Below are positions 21,401-33,600 of a stretch of DNA of 52,270 nucleotides, piece by piece (positions within the stretch are counted from its first letter, which is position 1; each line of letters begins with the position of its first letter). The position numbers and the translations under genes were made by a program. A model generated the notes under the pieces. That model did no database searches. It saw only the letters and a list, made by a program, of their open reading frames with translations, and was not told where the DNA came from. Origin of the DNA: a virus (lineage: Duplodnaviria > Caudoviricetes); the IMG/VR virus record IMGVR_UViG_3300044616_000326, positions 1-52,270 of that record, one strand, 5' to 3'.

Positions 21401-21652
21401 GGAAATGATACTATTTTCGTTACCTTTGATAAGCTAGAAACTAGCACTGTAGAAAAACAAAAACTACCTACTATGAAACCAACACAAGAAGTTGCCGAAG
21501 TTACTCCAGAAGTTAAAACAGTTTTATCTAAAGGAACAGATGTTGCATCTCAATATGGTGCCAAAGACATTGACAACATAGCAGACACAGTCAAAGATTC
21601 TAAACTTGATGGTTTAGAAGATGAATTATTTAACCTAGAAATTTGTGAATAA
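15398..21652 (+). CDS. Giant ejection/cargo protein 1 (coiled-coil, with G/A-rich membrane-like segments)
   Basis: 2084 aa. Hydrophobic G/A-rich stretch (AGIMMEAVAEFAAEAVITGATGGAGGGVLAARLG) and long coiled coils. It is the first of a three-gene block around the vRNAP, as in crAss-like phages. Confidence 0.65.
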   Translation: MASENNTDNFSALDSLGPQFGGINRPNLDIQSYKPFEGDRISMPEINFPTPAAYNSPIPSFDSIDRPNLSIQKNIVGRPPGPTGPRKTPRFEDIKSSLYDYGKSISQANQDQNQYAKMYSYNAGSGGNSFYKRYAAYGQTKFDEIGFSPLRDNEAVFNERTTGWNDFTRMMQHSFFPLAWQGFKSAPKSLFKMLQGDFSGDTEDARIYEEAAAIGQSTKGGVAGFMNNTMMNFGYTAGIMMEAVAEFAAEAVITGATGGAGGGVLAARLGANLQRIGKGLPKFTMLDKGGDMFRNSLQALGNSQAARNFYKAANSKVGQFFNPLTNTFEAVGDVYKIGKFDNLSGLAALSKTAGGFYRDVRGINLALAEARLEGGMVQNSVYDSLYDKYYEKNGKAPSNEIQKAFEQQAKAASAETIAWNSALIYGSNKITFPNIMKGSASKFLKGATDDIVNFKNAGKVVFQRAKDAAGKLSKGEFKYIDGSFKSYLEGVKGLGFKGATKDLAVRAAKGSVGYFKSNITEGIQENLQETIAGAMEGYYTDAFNNPAVRSYLYAQGSTTNAMRDKYSYFAEKWAEENPFTEKGFETFSSGFVMGMFAGPLNKSIEWISLGYNKIFDSAEFEDYKNKRANYGKQVAAQLNALYSDPKQFFDSKIFNYATQNKIADIRNSGNRKETLDSEDHALVSAVTSALQTNSIEYFKENISAVKEMTPEEVEVEFGLEKGKGVEYQQRVDEILSRVDKISERYDQMESRYPNPVDLSGYEKGSDAYKKAAIFSSAWDVAKANAIFMNESYDNARKRMDSIEKTIRSQKPLSKMTDSEVQVLFNPSKLKNEAELLQSELDAQKDSLTPDEISKRQRKIEAVKGLNKAYEYYFKYNVLDKEAQIEKMRSAGLFENQVDDEGNPIDPAELEAEARQELDRQLRVKSKSEENTTRAEADLEVAYKEYLRSIAGLNDEDYFDSKAEEAFELLMDNYRLGREASTLSSYVNMLHNPKSFTEHVERNYTWMQRLYDNRKEYYEGLVNQEITNLELNTLLNKLADKNVFISADDAYEFQRNNKLPNEFFDATRKAVIKEGHPDYDEYVELFERALRLKMMDRTSYAKTLDQMLNAELANLDVELQREINALPKTERVTKKGKLQLKNNLATLEELSEQLADGDYIDAKLVQGKDVSEITIYKDGNVLKLGDKNGEEITIDEFDGGFTSGDIYRVELKADPVEVRKLENQYSERKQDVIRLNIQKLEDDVQIQQADYVQFTVNSSWESMDAELQQRLNNAFNDYIETDEKLIDEVSEMEEIEILNMLDEFIKDNPTAAKIIEDYNKEKLDEATQKAIEANDAPEVTFEGEVYDLSAMDISEIKALVKKLESQYNRLNKKPDSEKTNEEKEAALMAKFDLDLVNRYLIKAENAEALSKEDTSSEETPEEEPKEAEPAKNVNDINRDIKKKREQAKKALAKRVALLEQKRNKLATDAANIKDTLKHLQELLDTSLELTGVQLETAMADANQISEMIKAIVDFKYKNRPKTKIRKRDIKAQVEREFEFAKATLARIAELKADLKTVEANKKDITNQINYYKNMIADPNLSILSRADIREKITKLEKKLTTVEKLISILKNAIAKSVAYLKEYLNVWNSRYKTMTDFQKKTGFKVLSKDELGKLIKSTNAASIAKAEGYAELKNQFDQLEKLVLDTIDDVEFLEQVQDEERTRLSQLEAAADRYYDQIRYLYDLLDDVAEDITVKNKLEGATPASPKAEATAETAEEFADITNETDKTPPVATYSFVDAEVADLDDIVGPPVTEDIEAKKADIERRRQEELDEYANDIVERVEDYEVIDDNGDTLFVQVRYKKDGSKEVLTGVEKNEYGNVAKGGAIISDTFYEDIYQKVTKTGERTAEEANLNGRTNKINAKYDAELAALEQPTQEGIQVVTEINPELRQMLNQMGYKNKTIDALPKSILERIVKEGIPSEEYGSRVITKSLAAESAWATEGTPVTVKSIEKDGVTLQKVNGNDTIFVTFDKLETSTVEKQKLPTMKPTQEVAEVTPEVKTVLSKGTDVASQYGAKDIDNIADTVKDSKLDGLEDELFNLEICE

Positions 21653-24600
21653 TGGCAATTACTTGCGCACTTGGAACTAAACATATTGAAGCACTAGCTA
21701 AAGTAATTTATAAAAAAATGTCAACGCTTCCTCAAGGGGAAGTTTTTGACATTAATGGGTATATGGATTACCTCTATACTAAACTTGCTGAGAAGCAAGG
21801 CGTAGATAGTGCATTACAATATATGCAACAGTTTCCATACTTAGCTAATATCATTGCGGCTAAGCTTATTGATGTTGTTGACATTGACCCAAGTGTGAAT
21901 TTAGCTGCTATGGCTAAAGCTTTTAGAAATCCAGATACTGGATGGCAAGAAGTAAATGCTAGATTTAATAGAGAGCTTACTCCAGAAGTACTTGATGCAG
22001 TATCAGACTATGAAGCTAATACTCCAACTCAACAAGACTATGAGGATGAAGTGCCAACTCCTATTGCAAAAGTTTCTGATGATAGATTGAAAGCTACTAC
22101 AGCTTTGTCAGGTACATTAGAACAGTTCATCACAATGAATCCTAATGATAAGTTTGAAGGTGTTGTAGAATCCACAGACCCAAATAAAACATATATCAGA
22201 TTAGCTTTAGCAAAAATTAAAAACTTAGCTAGGAATCTTGACATTAATGCTACAATTAATTATCAGGGTAAATTCTTAAGACTAAAGGTTGTCAATCTAA
22301 AAGATTTTCCAAGAGACGAAAGAACTCAACAGACTGATGATTTAATTGGAAAAATGATTGGTATTGGAGAAGAAGAAAGTATCAAAAATGATGTTACTCC
22401 AATTAGCCAGTTATTTGCTTTAATGCTTACTGATGAGAATGGTAATACTATTTATTTTAATCAACAGGGTGATGTAACTACTAAAGAAAAGGGAGGCAAG
22501 CCTGTTTATCAAATGATGAGAGATGTACGTCTCCAAAATGGTAAATATACTGTAAGAGATATCTACAATAAAGAGGATCAGATTATGACCCCTACTGATC
22601 TAGCATATGAGATGCTAAGATTTATGGGTTATGGTTCTGTATCTTCATATGAGAAAAATGAAAATGCATCTTTTGCAGATCTTGTTAAAGATTTAGGTAA
22701 GCAGCAACAAGAGGAATTTAAAAAACTATATGACCTCAAGCAACAAGCACTAAAAGGTAAAGCACCTTTATTGTTTGTAACAGGAGCTAGTACAGGTATA
22801 TTAAATGATGTAATTAAGCAAGATGTAAAACTATCTGATCTTGAAGGATTAGCTCCTAATACAATTGATACATTCTTAGTCTTAAATAAAGATGAGTATG
22901 GTTTTAGATCTGGAGCTTCTATTATTACAGTAGATGATCAAAGTTTCCAAGTAGATAGAATAGATATTCCTAAAGATATTTCTAAACAAATTGCTCAAGC
23001 ATTACAATCAAAAACATTAAAGACAAAAGAAAAAGTTGCATTTTACAATCAATTCTTTAATGATAAGATAGTTAACTTACAAAGTAAAATAAATAATCAG
23101 GACTTTTCATTTGTTACTGATACAAGAAGACATAAGTTAATCCAGAAAAATAACAAGCTTTATTTTGTTTATGCAGATTATACTGCAGCAGAACTTAAAG
23201 CTAATCCAAGTCTTGTTAATACTTTAAGATATGTACCGCTTGATGGTAGTAAACAAAGTACTGATAAGATTCAAGAAGTTTTAAATGGTGGTAAAGCTTC
23301 TGTAAAAGAAGGTAAAGTAACTAAGTATGGTGCCAAGATGAATTACATGAATGGCATTTTAAATAGTGACTTTTTTACTTATGATGAAACTAATGATAAA
23401 CTAGTTAAGTCAGGTACTTACAAAGAATTTATTGTTGGTTTAAATCCAAAGATTCTTCTTTCAAAATCTCAAGGTCTTCCATTATACAACTCTTATCTTA
23501 AGTTTGCTATTCCTGATGCTTACTCCAATAAAGCAGCTAAAGCACAACAAAAAGCAACTCAAGATACTAGATCAGCAGTCCGTAAGTTTAAAGATGACAT
23601 GGTAGAGGTAATTAAAAATGCCCCTGCACAATCAATTAAAATTACAGTTCAGAATGTTAGAGAAGTTACACGTAACAATCAACCACCTGTATATAACTAC
23701 GATGCTGTAATAGAAGGACAACCAGGAGTACATAAATTCTATGGTGCTAAAAATAAAGTTAATCAAAGTGATGAATTCTATCTTGAAGTTACTGATGTAA
23801 CTGATAATGGTTTCTTATTTAAAGATGTAGTAAAAGCTTTATCTGATACAGAGTTTGGCCGCATGGATATGGGCTCTCTTGGTGATAGAGATTTTAATAC
23901 TGAAACATCAAGAGGTATTCCAATTGAAACTATTACTGCTGCAGAAACAGAAGTGGCTGAAGCTTTAGATGAACTTAAGCCAGAACCTAATACTGTTCCT
24001 GATGAAGATATAGAAGGAGACCAAAAAGAATTACTTAATCCGGATAATACAATCCAACCTTCAGATAGTACTCCTATCTCTAGAAGATTGAAAAGAGATT
24101 ACGGTAAGTTTAAGTTAGATAGAGGTGCAAATCTTTCTAATGATGTTACTCAAGAGCAAATTGATGCGGCTACTACATGGTGGAATAATTCCCCACTTTC
24201 TAAATTTATATCATTAGAGCAAGTAGCAAACATTGTTAACTCTAATGTATATGCAAGATTTATTGCTGCAGGTTCTTCACTTCTTGCTGAGCAAAATCTA
24301 GATGGTAAACTTGGTAAGATTTTAATTAATCAAGCTACTAAAGGTTCAATGGTAGATACGTACCATGAAGCTTGGCACGTATTTTCACAGTTATTCTTGA
24401 CCAGAGAAGAGAAATTAAAATTATATAATGAGGTAAGAAACTCTGACCCTAAATTTAAAAATCTTTCTGCTTTTGCAATTGAAGAAATCTTAGCTGAAGA
24501 CTTTAGAACATATGCTCTTTCTCCAAAGACTAAAAAAGGAGCACCTGTTAGAAATACTTTATTTAGAAGGATCTTAAACTTCTTAAAGAAATTATTTAGC

Positions 24601-27600
24601 CGTAAACAATCTTTAGCTGATCAAATTCAACCAGAAGAGATCTCTACATATGGTGTAGCAGGAGAGTTGTTTAATAAACTATTCTTTGCTTCTAACAAAC
24701 CTGAACTATTAAATGATTATGTACCATTAATTGAGAATGTTCAATTTGACATGCTTAACCGTGGTATAAGACAACAAAGAGCTTATAGAGAAGATGCCCT
24801 TAATGAAAGAGACTCATTAGACCTTGTAAATGCAATGGACTCAATGATCTCTGAAGAGATTGATAATGCCTATGCATATCAAAAAGAAAGTAATGGAGTA
24901 ACAGCTAATAAGAGTGGTACTGTAAACATTATTCTTAAAAAAGAAAATGAAGCTCAGCTTTATGAATTCTTAAAAGAAAACTTAGAAGATAGAGTAGCTG
25001 AAATTAAAAACAGACTTACTGTAGCCCCAGTTAAACCGTTTAATGATATCAATACTCTTGTAGATCTTTCTACAAATGCTATTGCAGTAATTAAAAATTC
25101 TAAAGGAGATAATGAATACTTCTTCCTTAGAGATCAAATTGAAGACTTTGATAATCTTACATTAGATAATAAAGAAGGTGAAAGAATTAAAGGAGAATTA
25201 TATAAAGGTACAATTGATGTAATCGGAGACTTTTATACTCACAATAAAATCAAAGGAACCGACAAGACTCCTGCTAACATAGTAATTGTAAACAGTTTAG
25301 AAGAAGCAAAAGCTCAATTTGAAGCTTATGTAAAAGCTAAAGAAACAGATTACACTGATATTGTAGAAAATCCAAATGCTTCTGCTACTCAAGCAGTACT
25401 TGACTTTGATCAGAAACTTGATCTTGAAAGATTAAGAATCTTCCAAACAGCTCTTAAAAACTGGAATAAAACAATTAAGTTCCACAAAGAACATTCAGAT
25501 TTTAATATCATTAATAAAAAAGTAAGACTTCAAGAATCAGATCCAGCACTAGATCCTGAAGAAGCTACAAATGATATTGAAGATGCTGCAGGAGGAGAAA
25601 AGTTAAAAGACTCTGTAGGTGATGTTACATTGCAACAGTTAGCAGATAATGAAGTTATCTACATGCTTAAGAGTTTGTTTGCTCTTGATAAAGATGGTAA
25701 TCATCAGTATGATAGACTTGGATTTAAAAAGAGAGCAAGCTTCAAGAAAGTATGGAATGCACTTGTAAGATCAACAGGTAGTACTAAAGATCCTCAAGAA
25801 ATATATAATAAAATTGTAGCAGCTTCTGCAATATATCCTGAATTAAAACAACTTGTAGAATATAAATTACCTAACCCATCAGTTGAAGATCCAATTAATG
25901 GTACAAGCTTTAGTATCACAACTTCTTTCTGGAATGCATTCAGCCTTCCAAGAATTAAATATATCCAATTACTAGTAGTTCCTGAAAAAGATGGGACAAC
26001 AACTGAAGTAGTTGGTACTTCAATGGATATTGGTAGTACTAAAAGAAAGTTTACAAGTCAGTTTAGAGCTCAGAAGCCTAACAAGTTTATCAGCAAAGAT
26101 AAGTTCAACAATAATATTTTAAATCTTAATGCTATTGTTAAAGAATTTATTGGTGATGATGGTCAATTAAAAACAGGTGATGATGCAGAATACAGATTCT
26201 TAAAAGCAATCGGTTTTAATTATGATGACTTAGGTAAAATTAAACAAACCCTAAGTGATAAGATTATCCGTAAGGATTATGCCCTTGGTTATATATTCAC
26301 TGTTTTTAAAGAACTTAGAGATGCTCAATCTTCAGGCAATGTGACTGAAGAAGGATGGGAAATCATTAATAGATTTAAATCTAATCCTATTGATGCACTA
26401 TCTAAAGGTTTTGGTAAAGGTATAATTGGTGCACCTAATAGTTCTATATATCTTGAAGGTCCAAAATTATCTACTGCAGTAAATAAATTAATTGAGTTAC
26501 AAAATAAATACGGAGCAACAAGCTCTAACTTTAGCGTACTTAATGCAGCTAAGAAAAGAGTTAATGAACATACTAAAGATAATACATTAACGGTAATTGC
26601 AGATGCTTTAAATTCAGCAACAGAAAAGACTGAGTTATTTAGAAAAGGAAGTATCACTAGTTACCTAGATCCTAAAAGAAATCCTTGGACTAATAACCTT
26701 CAGACTTTTAATAGCTTGTTTGATGCAAGTAATAAAAAGAGAGCTGGTAGATCCATTGCAATTGAAATGGCATCAGGTACTCAGATACTTAATAAAGATG
26801 GTTCTACTACTACCGATCTAGATCCTAGAAGTAAATTTATTCAAGAGTTCCATACTATGTTAAAAGCAGGTATGCAAGAAGTTCTTAGACCAGGGTCTAA
26901 ATCTTCTTCATTTGCTTGGAGAATAGATGGTGGTATTGAATTTCCAGGTATTGGTTCTAAAAAAGACAAACATCTTTATATTGACTTTGATACCTTCCTT
27001 TCAATGAATAATGAATTAGATGCCATTGAAAAGATTATCTTACCATATGTATCTTCTGAAACAGCTAGGATTAATATTTTCAAAACTAATCCTGAAGCTA
27101 AAAACTATATTGGCTATAATAAACCAGGTAAAGATGGTAAACCTTCAGGAGAACAGTTTAATTATTTTGATGGTGTATTATCAAAAGAAACTAAACAGGA
27201 GATTCTATCTAAAGTAAATACCACTGAGGTAACTTTATTAAACTATCTTTCTTCAGATCCTAAACTTAAAGAAACAATCATTAAAGAAATACAAAGTTAT
27301 TTTGAGAAAAAAAGTAATAAACTTTATGATTATTTAAATGAAGCTAAGTACATAGATCCTAAGTTATTAAATAAATATAATATTCCTGGATTTACAGGTT
27401 CACAGAAAGAAAGGCTATTGACAAAAACCTATATGTATAACTCATGGATTCATAATCTTGAAACATCAGTTATATTCTATGGTGACATTGCACAGTATGA
27501 TCATACTAAACAAGGCTTTCATAAGAGAACTTCTGGTTTAATTTCTAATGGTCGTAGATTTAGAACTGATGTTTCTGCAATCAGATATATCAATGAGCAA

Positions 27601-30600
27601 TTCAACTTAGGTAAAACCTATGCATCAACACTTGCTCCAAAGTATAATAACTTTATTTATGATGGGTCATTAAACACTGCTATAATTGAGGAGATTAAAA
27701 GAGATAGTGTTTATATCCCTGACATCAGAGATGGTCTTACAAAATTCTATACAGAAAATACTAAAATGTCTGCTGATGAAATCAAGAAGACAGTAGATCG
27801 TGAGATAAAAAAATATACCAAAGAAGAAATTAAAGAAGGTGATGGTCAAGGTTACATTACGTTTGATGCATATAGAACTTTAAAGAAACTTCAGAATAAG
27901 TGGAGTGATAAACAAGAAGATTTATTTCAAAAAATAATCAAAGGAGAACCTATTGAAGGTCCACTTGATGAATTCTTCCCAGTATACAAATTACAAAACT
28001 TTGGATACCTCGAAGATACAGTATTGCCTGTAACAGCATTCCATAAGTTTGCACTATTCCCATTAATCCCAAGTGTAATTAAAGAAGGAAGTGATTTTGA
28101 TAAGTTGCATAAAAAAATGTTAGAGCAAAATATTCAGTATGTTACATTTGAGTCAGGCTCTAAAGTTGGTGCAATTACTTCAAATGGTAAACCAGATAAA
28201 GCTTTTACTGAAGATGGTAGATTTAATGACTCTGTTGTATTTACTAAAAATACATTTAACGCAGGTTTCTTAAAAGAAGTTACCAATGTACCTAATAAGT
28301 ATAAGGGTAACGTTGTATTCCCTACACAGTTAAGAAAGTTAATCCTTGATGGTTTATATGAAGAAGGTGCTTTAACTCTTCCTAAATATTCTGGACTGGT
28401 TAAAGCTTATGAGGAAAGTGTAAAATTCAATACTGAGTTACTTAAAGAAGAACTTAAACAGGAGATTGGTTATGATGAAACTAAGGGTATAACTAATCCT
28501 GAGAAGTTTTTAAAAGTAATTAAGGATAATCTACGAAGAAAAGATTATCCAGAGCATTTACTTAGAGCTCTTAAAACAAACAGTGATGGCTCATTAAAAT
28601 ATGACTTATCATATTTCTTAGATGCTCAAGCAATTGAAGATACTATAATGTCAATTGTAGAGAAGAAGTTTGTTCGTCAAAAAGTAAAAGGTGAAGCACT
28701 TGTACAAGTTGCAAGCTCATTTACAAATAACATGTGGACTGCTCCTACCGATGCTGATATCAAGAAGCATATGGGTAGTAATACACTTCCATTCTATCAT
28801 CCAGGTAAAGACGGTAAAACAAATGCAATGAAAGTTGCTATTTCTTTACAAGGAGACTTCTATCATTTACTTAAACTTAAGCATCTAGATGGTGAAGCTA
28901 TTGGTACAATCCAGAGACTTAACCAAATGATTAAGGATGATAAATGGTTAGATACAGATAATAATAGAAAGTCAATTACAATGACTGCTGTACGTATCCC
29001 AGTACAAGGTCTTAACTCTATGGAGTTCATGGAGGTCTATGAATTTTTAGATCCATCAGCAGGTTCTATTATTATTGTGCCAACAGAACTTGTTGCAAAA
29101 TCAGGTGGTGACTTTGACGTAGATAAGTTAACTACATTTATGCCTAATATTAATTCTGAAACAGGTGAGGTAATTACATCTAACTTAAGTAGAGAAGAAT
29201 TTTTTGCTGCATATAATAAAGCAACCGATGCTGAGAAGAAAGAGATGCTTAAGCAACAAAAGAAAGCTGTAGAGAATAGTTTCATTGAGAACATTAGATC
29301 TATTCTTGAGATTCCTGAGAATTATGCAACCTTGGTTAAACCAAATGATACTGCTTTATTACAAGGACTTTCAGAAGAACTTGAAGATAAAGTAAGTGAC
29401 TTTGATAAATATGAAAAAGTAAATGGTGAAGAGGTAAATATAAGTGGTAAAGGTACAAAGATGATTAGCCCAACTACTGTGCTTGAACCAAGGTATAATG
29501 TGGCTAAACACGGACATAATATTGTCGGTAAAGCAGTACTTGGTATTGCTGCTAGTGAGAATGCTATGAACCCTATCTTTAATCAAGCTGGTGTTATTTT
29601 ACCTAAAAAATATAAAGCATCAGAATTTAGTAAATCATTAAGTAAGTACGTAGAGTTTGGTGAACCTATTTATGATATGAGATTATTCTTACCTCATAAT
29701 AAAACTAAATCAGGAAACATCTCACTTTCAAAAATATATGATGAAACTGGAATAGATAGAATTGCTGATGTAGTTTCACAAGGTATGAATGGTTGGGTGG
29801 ATGTAGAAGCAAATGAATGGATATTTTATATTCAGGGTAACTATGAACTTGCACCGACCATGCTCTATTTAATTAGATCTGGTGTACCTAGAGAGTATGC
29901 AGTTAAGTTTGTATCATCTCCTTTAATTAGAGAATTTGCAGAGGAACTAAGAAAAATTAGTGGTCCATTTGCAGGTGCTATGGGTATTGCCGCTAAGGAA
30001 AAAGCATTTGAAAGATACGAAGCTACAAAGAGAGTTATTGACAGACATATGCGCGAGTATTATAATGCCAGTACTTCTGTACTTCAGCCTAATGATGATG
30101 TAACTGTATACTATAAAACATTTGTTCCAAATCAAGGATGGATTGACATTCCTACAAAGATGAAGTATTCAGAACTTAGAAATAATATTAACGGTTTGAT
30201 CTATGATCTAAATAATGTCTCATCTGTAACAATTGATTTTGATGGTAAAGAGAGAGAAGTTTATGTAAAACCTTCTGTTGATAATAAACTATTCTACAAC
30301 TCATCATCTAAAGCTAATGAAAGGTATGAAACATCTGGTTACTCATTGGAGTTAATGGATAATCTTATTGATTCATATGCTAAAACAGGCACTGTTGATC
30401 AAAATCAAATCATTCCTGCAATGGGTATGCTTTTACACTTTAGTGAAATTCAAAAGCAAATCCAGGGTATTGGAAGAATGAAAAGAAGGTCAAAACCAGA
30501 TACTACATTATTTAGAAATATTCAAGAGATTGCTCTAAGAGACTTAGACATTGATTCATTAGACACGCTTAGTAAAGTTGATAAAGCATCAAAAGATAGA

Positions 30601-33600
30601 ATCTTATATGAAAGTATTACAAGTTCATTAGGAGATAAAAAACTTATAGTTGATGTTGTTTCACAGATGCTTCCACTTAGAAATGGTGAACCAACAGATG
30701 AGTTTATAAAAACGGCTTTATCAGATGAACAGTATAAAACTGCTATCATAAATAAATTTGGTGCTAGTAATGACGGATTAGTAAACTTTGTTAGTTCATT
30801 TAAGAATGACATCAGTAACTTTATCTTACAAAACTACTTGTCTAACTTTATAGATGCTAATGGTAGTATTGTAAAAATACCTACTGAGTTTAAGGAGATG
30901 CCTGTTAAGCTATCTAATAATCTTTTAACTGATGTTGAGATTAAAGATGGTGTAGTATATGTGAACTCCCAAAACTTAAGAGAAGACTTCGCAAATAAAT
31001 CTTATTTAGATACAGCAGAAGGCCCAAGAAGCTATGCTCAAAGACCTGGATTTGAACCATTTAAAACAGAACAAGATCCATTTGCATCTGAAGAGGCATA
31101 TATCAAGTATGCTATATTCAGAAGTTACATGCAAACTAAAGGGTATACAGGACTTGAATTAAATAAGATTGCATTGTTAAACTCATTTAACTACAATGCT
31201 CTTATGAGAAATAATGATTACTCCTATACCAATGAGGTAATGGATGTAATCCAGAAGTATCCTAATCTTGCAATTGATTATCCTATCTTAGAGCAAATCA
31301 GTATTCACTCTACTTCTAAGTCTACAGAGTTTAATGTACTTACTCTTACTGACAGAGATGTAATTGATGCAGCTACTAAAGATACTTATGCTAGAAACAT
31401 TAGAGCTCTAGGCAATGAAAGTGTACAAAAAGTTGAAGACACTAAAGAAAACTTAAGAATCAGTAGATTATTCCACATGCTTCCATTGGTAGCAATTTAT
31501 CAACATGGTGTAGGTTCTACTCTATATGGATTTGATCAAGTACTTCCACAGGATATGGTGCAGTCTGCAATGCAAAACGCATCTAACTTATTTAAGTTAA
31601 ACTATTGGAATACTAAAGGATTAGCACATGTATTTAAGACAACAGTAAATACTGAGGAAAGACAGTTTAAAAACTTTGTAGTAACAGAAGCTGAGTTTAA
31701 TCAAATGCCTGAGCTTCGTGCAGTAGCAGCTGAAGAAGATCCATTTGAGGCTATTGAGAATGCACCAACTATTACTCAACCTACTACTAAACCTACTGAA
31801 GTTAAAAGTGGTGTACAAGAAATATTTGAATCTAATCCTGAATTATCAAATATAGGATCTCAAGAACAATATTCTCAATATTTAAATAGTATATTTCCTA
31901 ATAGCCAGATAAAAGACATACTTTATCATGGTACTTCAGCTTATAAGCTCGGAGATGTTATACCTGATTTTCAAAATCGTGCATTATATTTAGCTAATAA
32001 AAAAATGGCTCAAAGTTATGCTGGAAAAACTGGTGTAGTATTACCTGTAATAATAAATTCTCAAGTTCTAATAAACTCTCCAGAACTTATTGGAGAATTA
32101 CCAGAAACTCTTGCTGTAAGAAAAGAACAGTTAAAAAATGCAAAACTTGCAGAACAAAATAAAGGATTCTTTGCTGTTAATAGAGGTATATTCAGTGTAG
32201 ATGATATTATTCTTGGAGAACAAGATATTGAATATTATTTAACTGAAGATGCCTATTCTAATAGAAGGAATCAAAGATTTGAAGCACTTACTGGAGAAGA
32301 CTTAACTAAATTTATAAAATTTTTAGAAAATAGAATTACTGAGATAGAAGCTGGAAGACCTATTGATTCTTTTATAACTAGAGCAGATGGTGATCCAGAA
32401 GATTTCTATGGTGTTTTTAATCCTAAAAATGTTTTATTTCTAGGTTCTACACAAGATATAGAAGGGTTTAGAAACTTTGTAAAGAATACTCCTGTAGTTA
32501 ATCAATCACCACAAGCTAAAACAACAGATGATTATAGATACTTTGGTAGTATGTATACCATTAAGTTACAGGATGGTGTTGGTGTAGATGTTGAAGGTTA
32601 CAAAGGTAAAGCTGCAGCTAAACAAAAGCTTCTTGATGCTTACAATACTGATCCAAATGTGGACCCTCAGAATGGTAGACCATTTAGAGAAACTCCTACT
32701 CAGTTAGAAGTACAAGCTCAAAATTCAGGAAATACATTTGTATTTGCAAATGGTATAGCAATTGATGTTCCATTTACACTTAATGCAGAACAACAAGCTG
32801 CATTGTACAAACTGGAAGATTTCTATAACAACCCTGCTAAGTATAAAAATGAGATTACATTATCAGGTTATGCGGGTACAGGTAAGACTACAATCTTAGG
32901 AATATTTGACAAGTATTTAAATAAAAAAAGTTATGTAAAACCTATTTATACTTCACCTACTCACCGTGCAAATGCAGTGACTCAGATGAAGAATCCAAAA
33001 GCTAAGGTAGTTACATTACACTCCTTGTTTGGTCTTAACCCGATGCTTAATCTTGAAAGTGACCAGTTAGATATTAGGGATGTTAAAACAGAATCTGTTA
33101 GAAAACCAAATATTAAAAGAGGAGATACTATCATTGTAGATGAATCTTCTATGGTAACTAATGAGCTCTATGATTTAATTCAAGAGTTTAAAGATGACAT
33201 GAATCTTAAAATTATTTTTGCAGGAGACAGAGGTCAACTTGGTCCAGTTCAAAATGATACAAAACTACAATCTAAAGTATTTGATAATTCACAGAATCAA
33301 ATACAACTTACTAAAGTTGAAAGAACAGGAGATAATCCAATCTTATTAAACTCTACAAGAGCAAGAGAAGGACAAGACTTTACTTATATAACTGATGAGA
33401 TAGATGGCAATGGTGTAGAGTTCTTTGATACTCCTGATAGATTGAACCAGATTATGGGTCAAAATCTAAAAGAAATGAAAGAGTCTGATAACCCACTTTA
33501 TTTCAGAATTCTTTCCTCTCTAAACAAAGATGTAGCTAGAATCAATATACAAGCTAGAGAAATCATGTTTGGTGCGGAAGCCAAAAAATCTCCATACATT

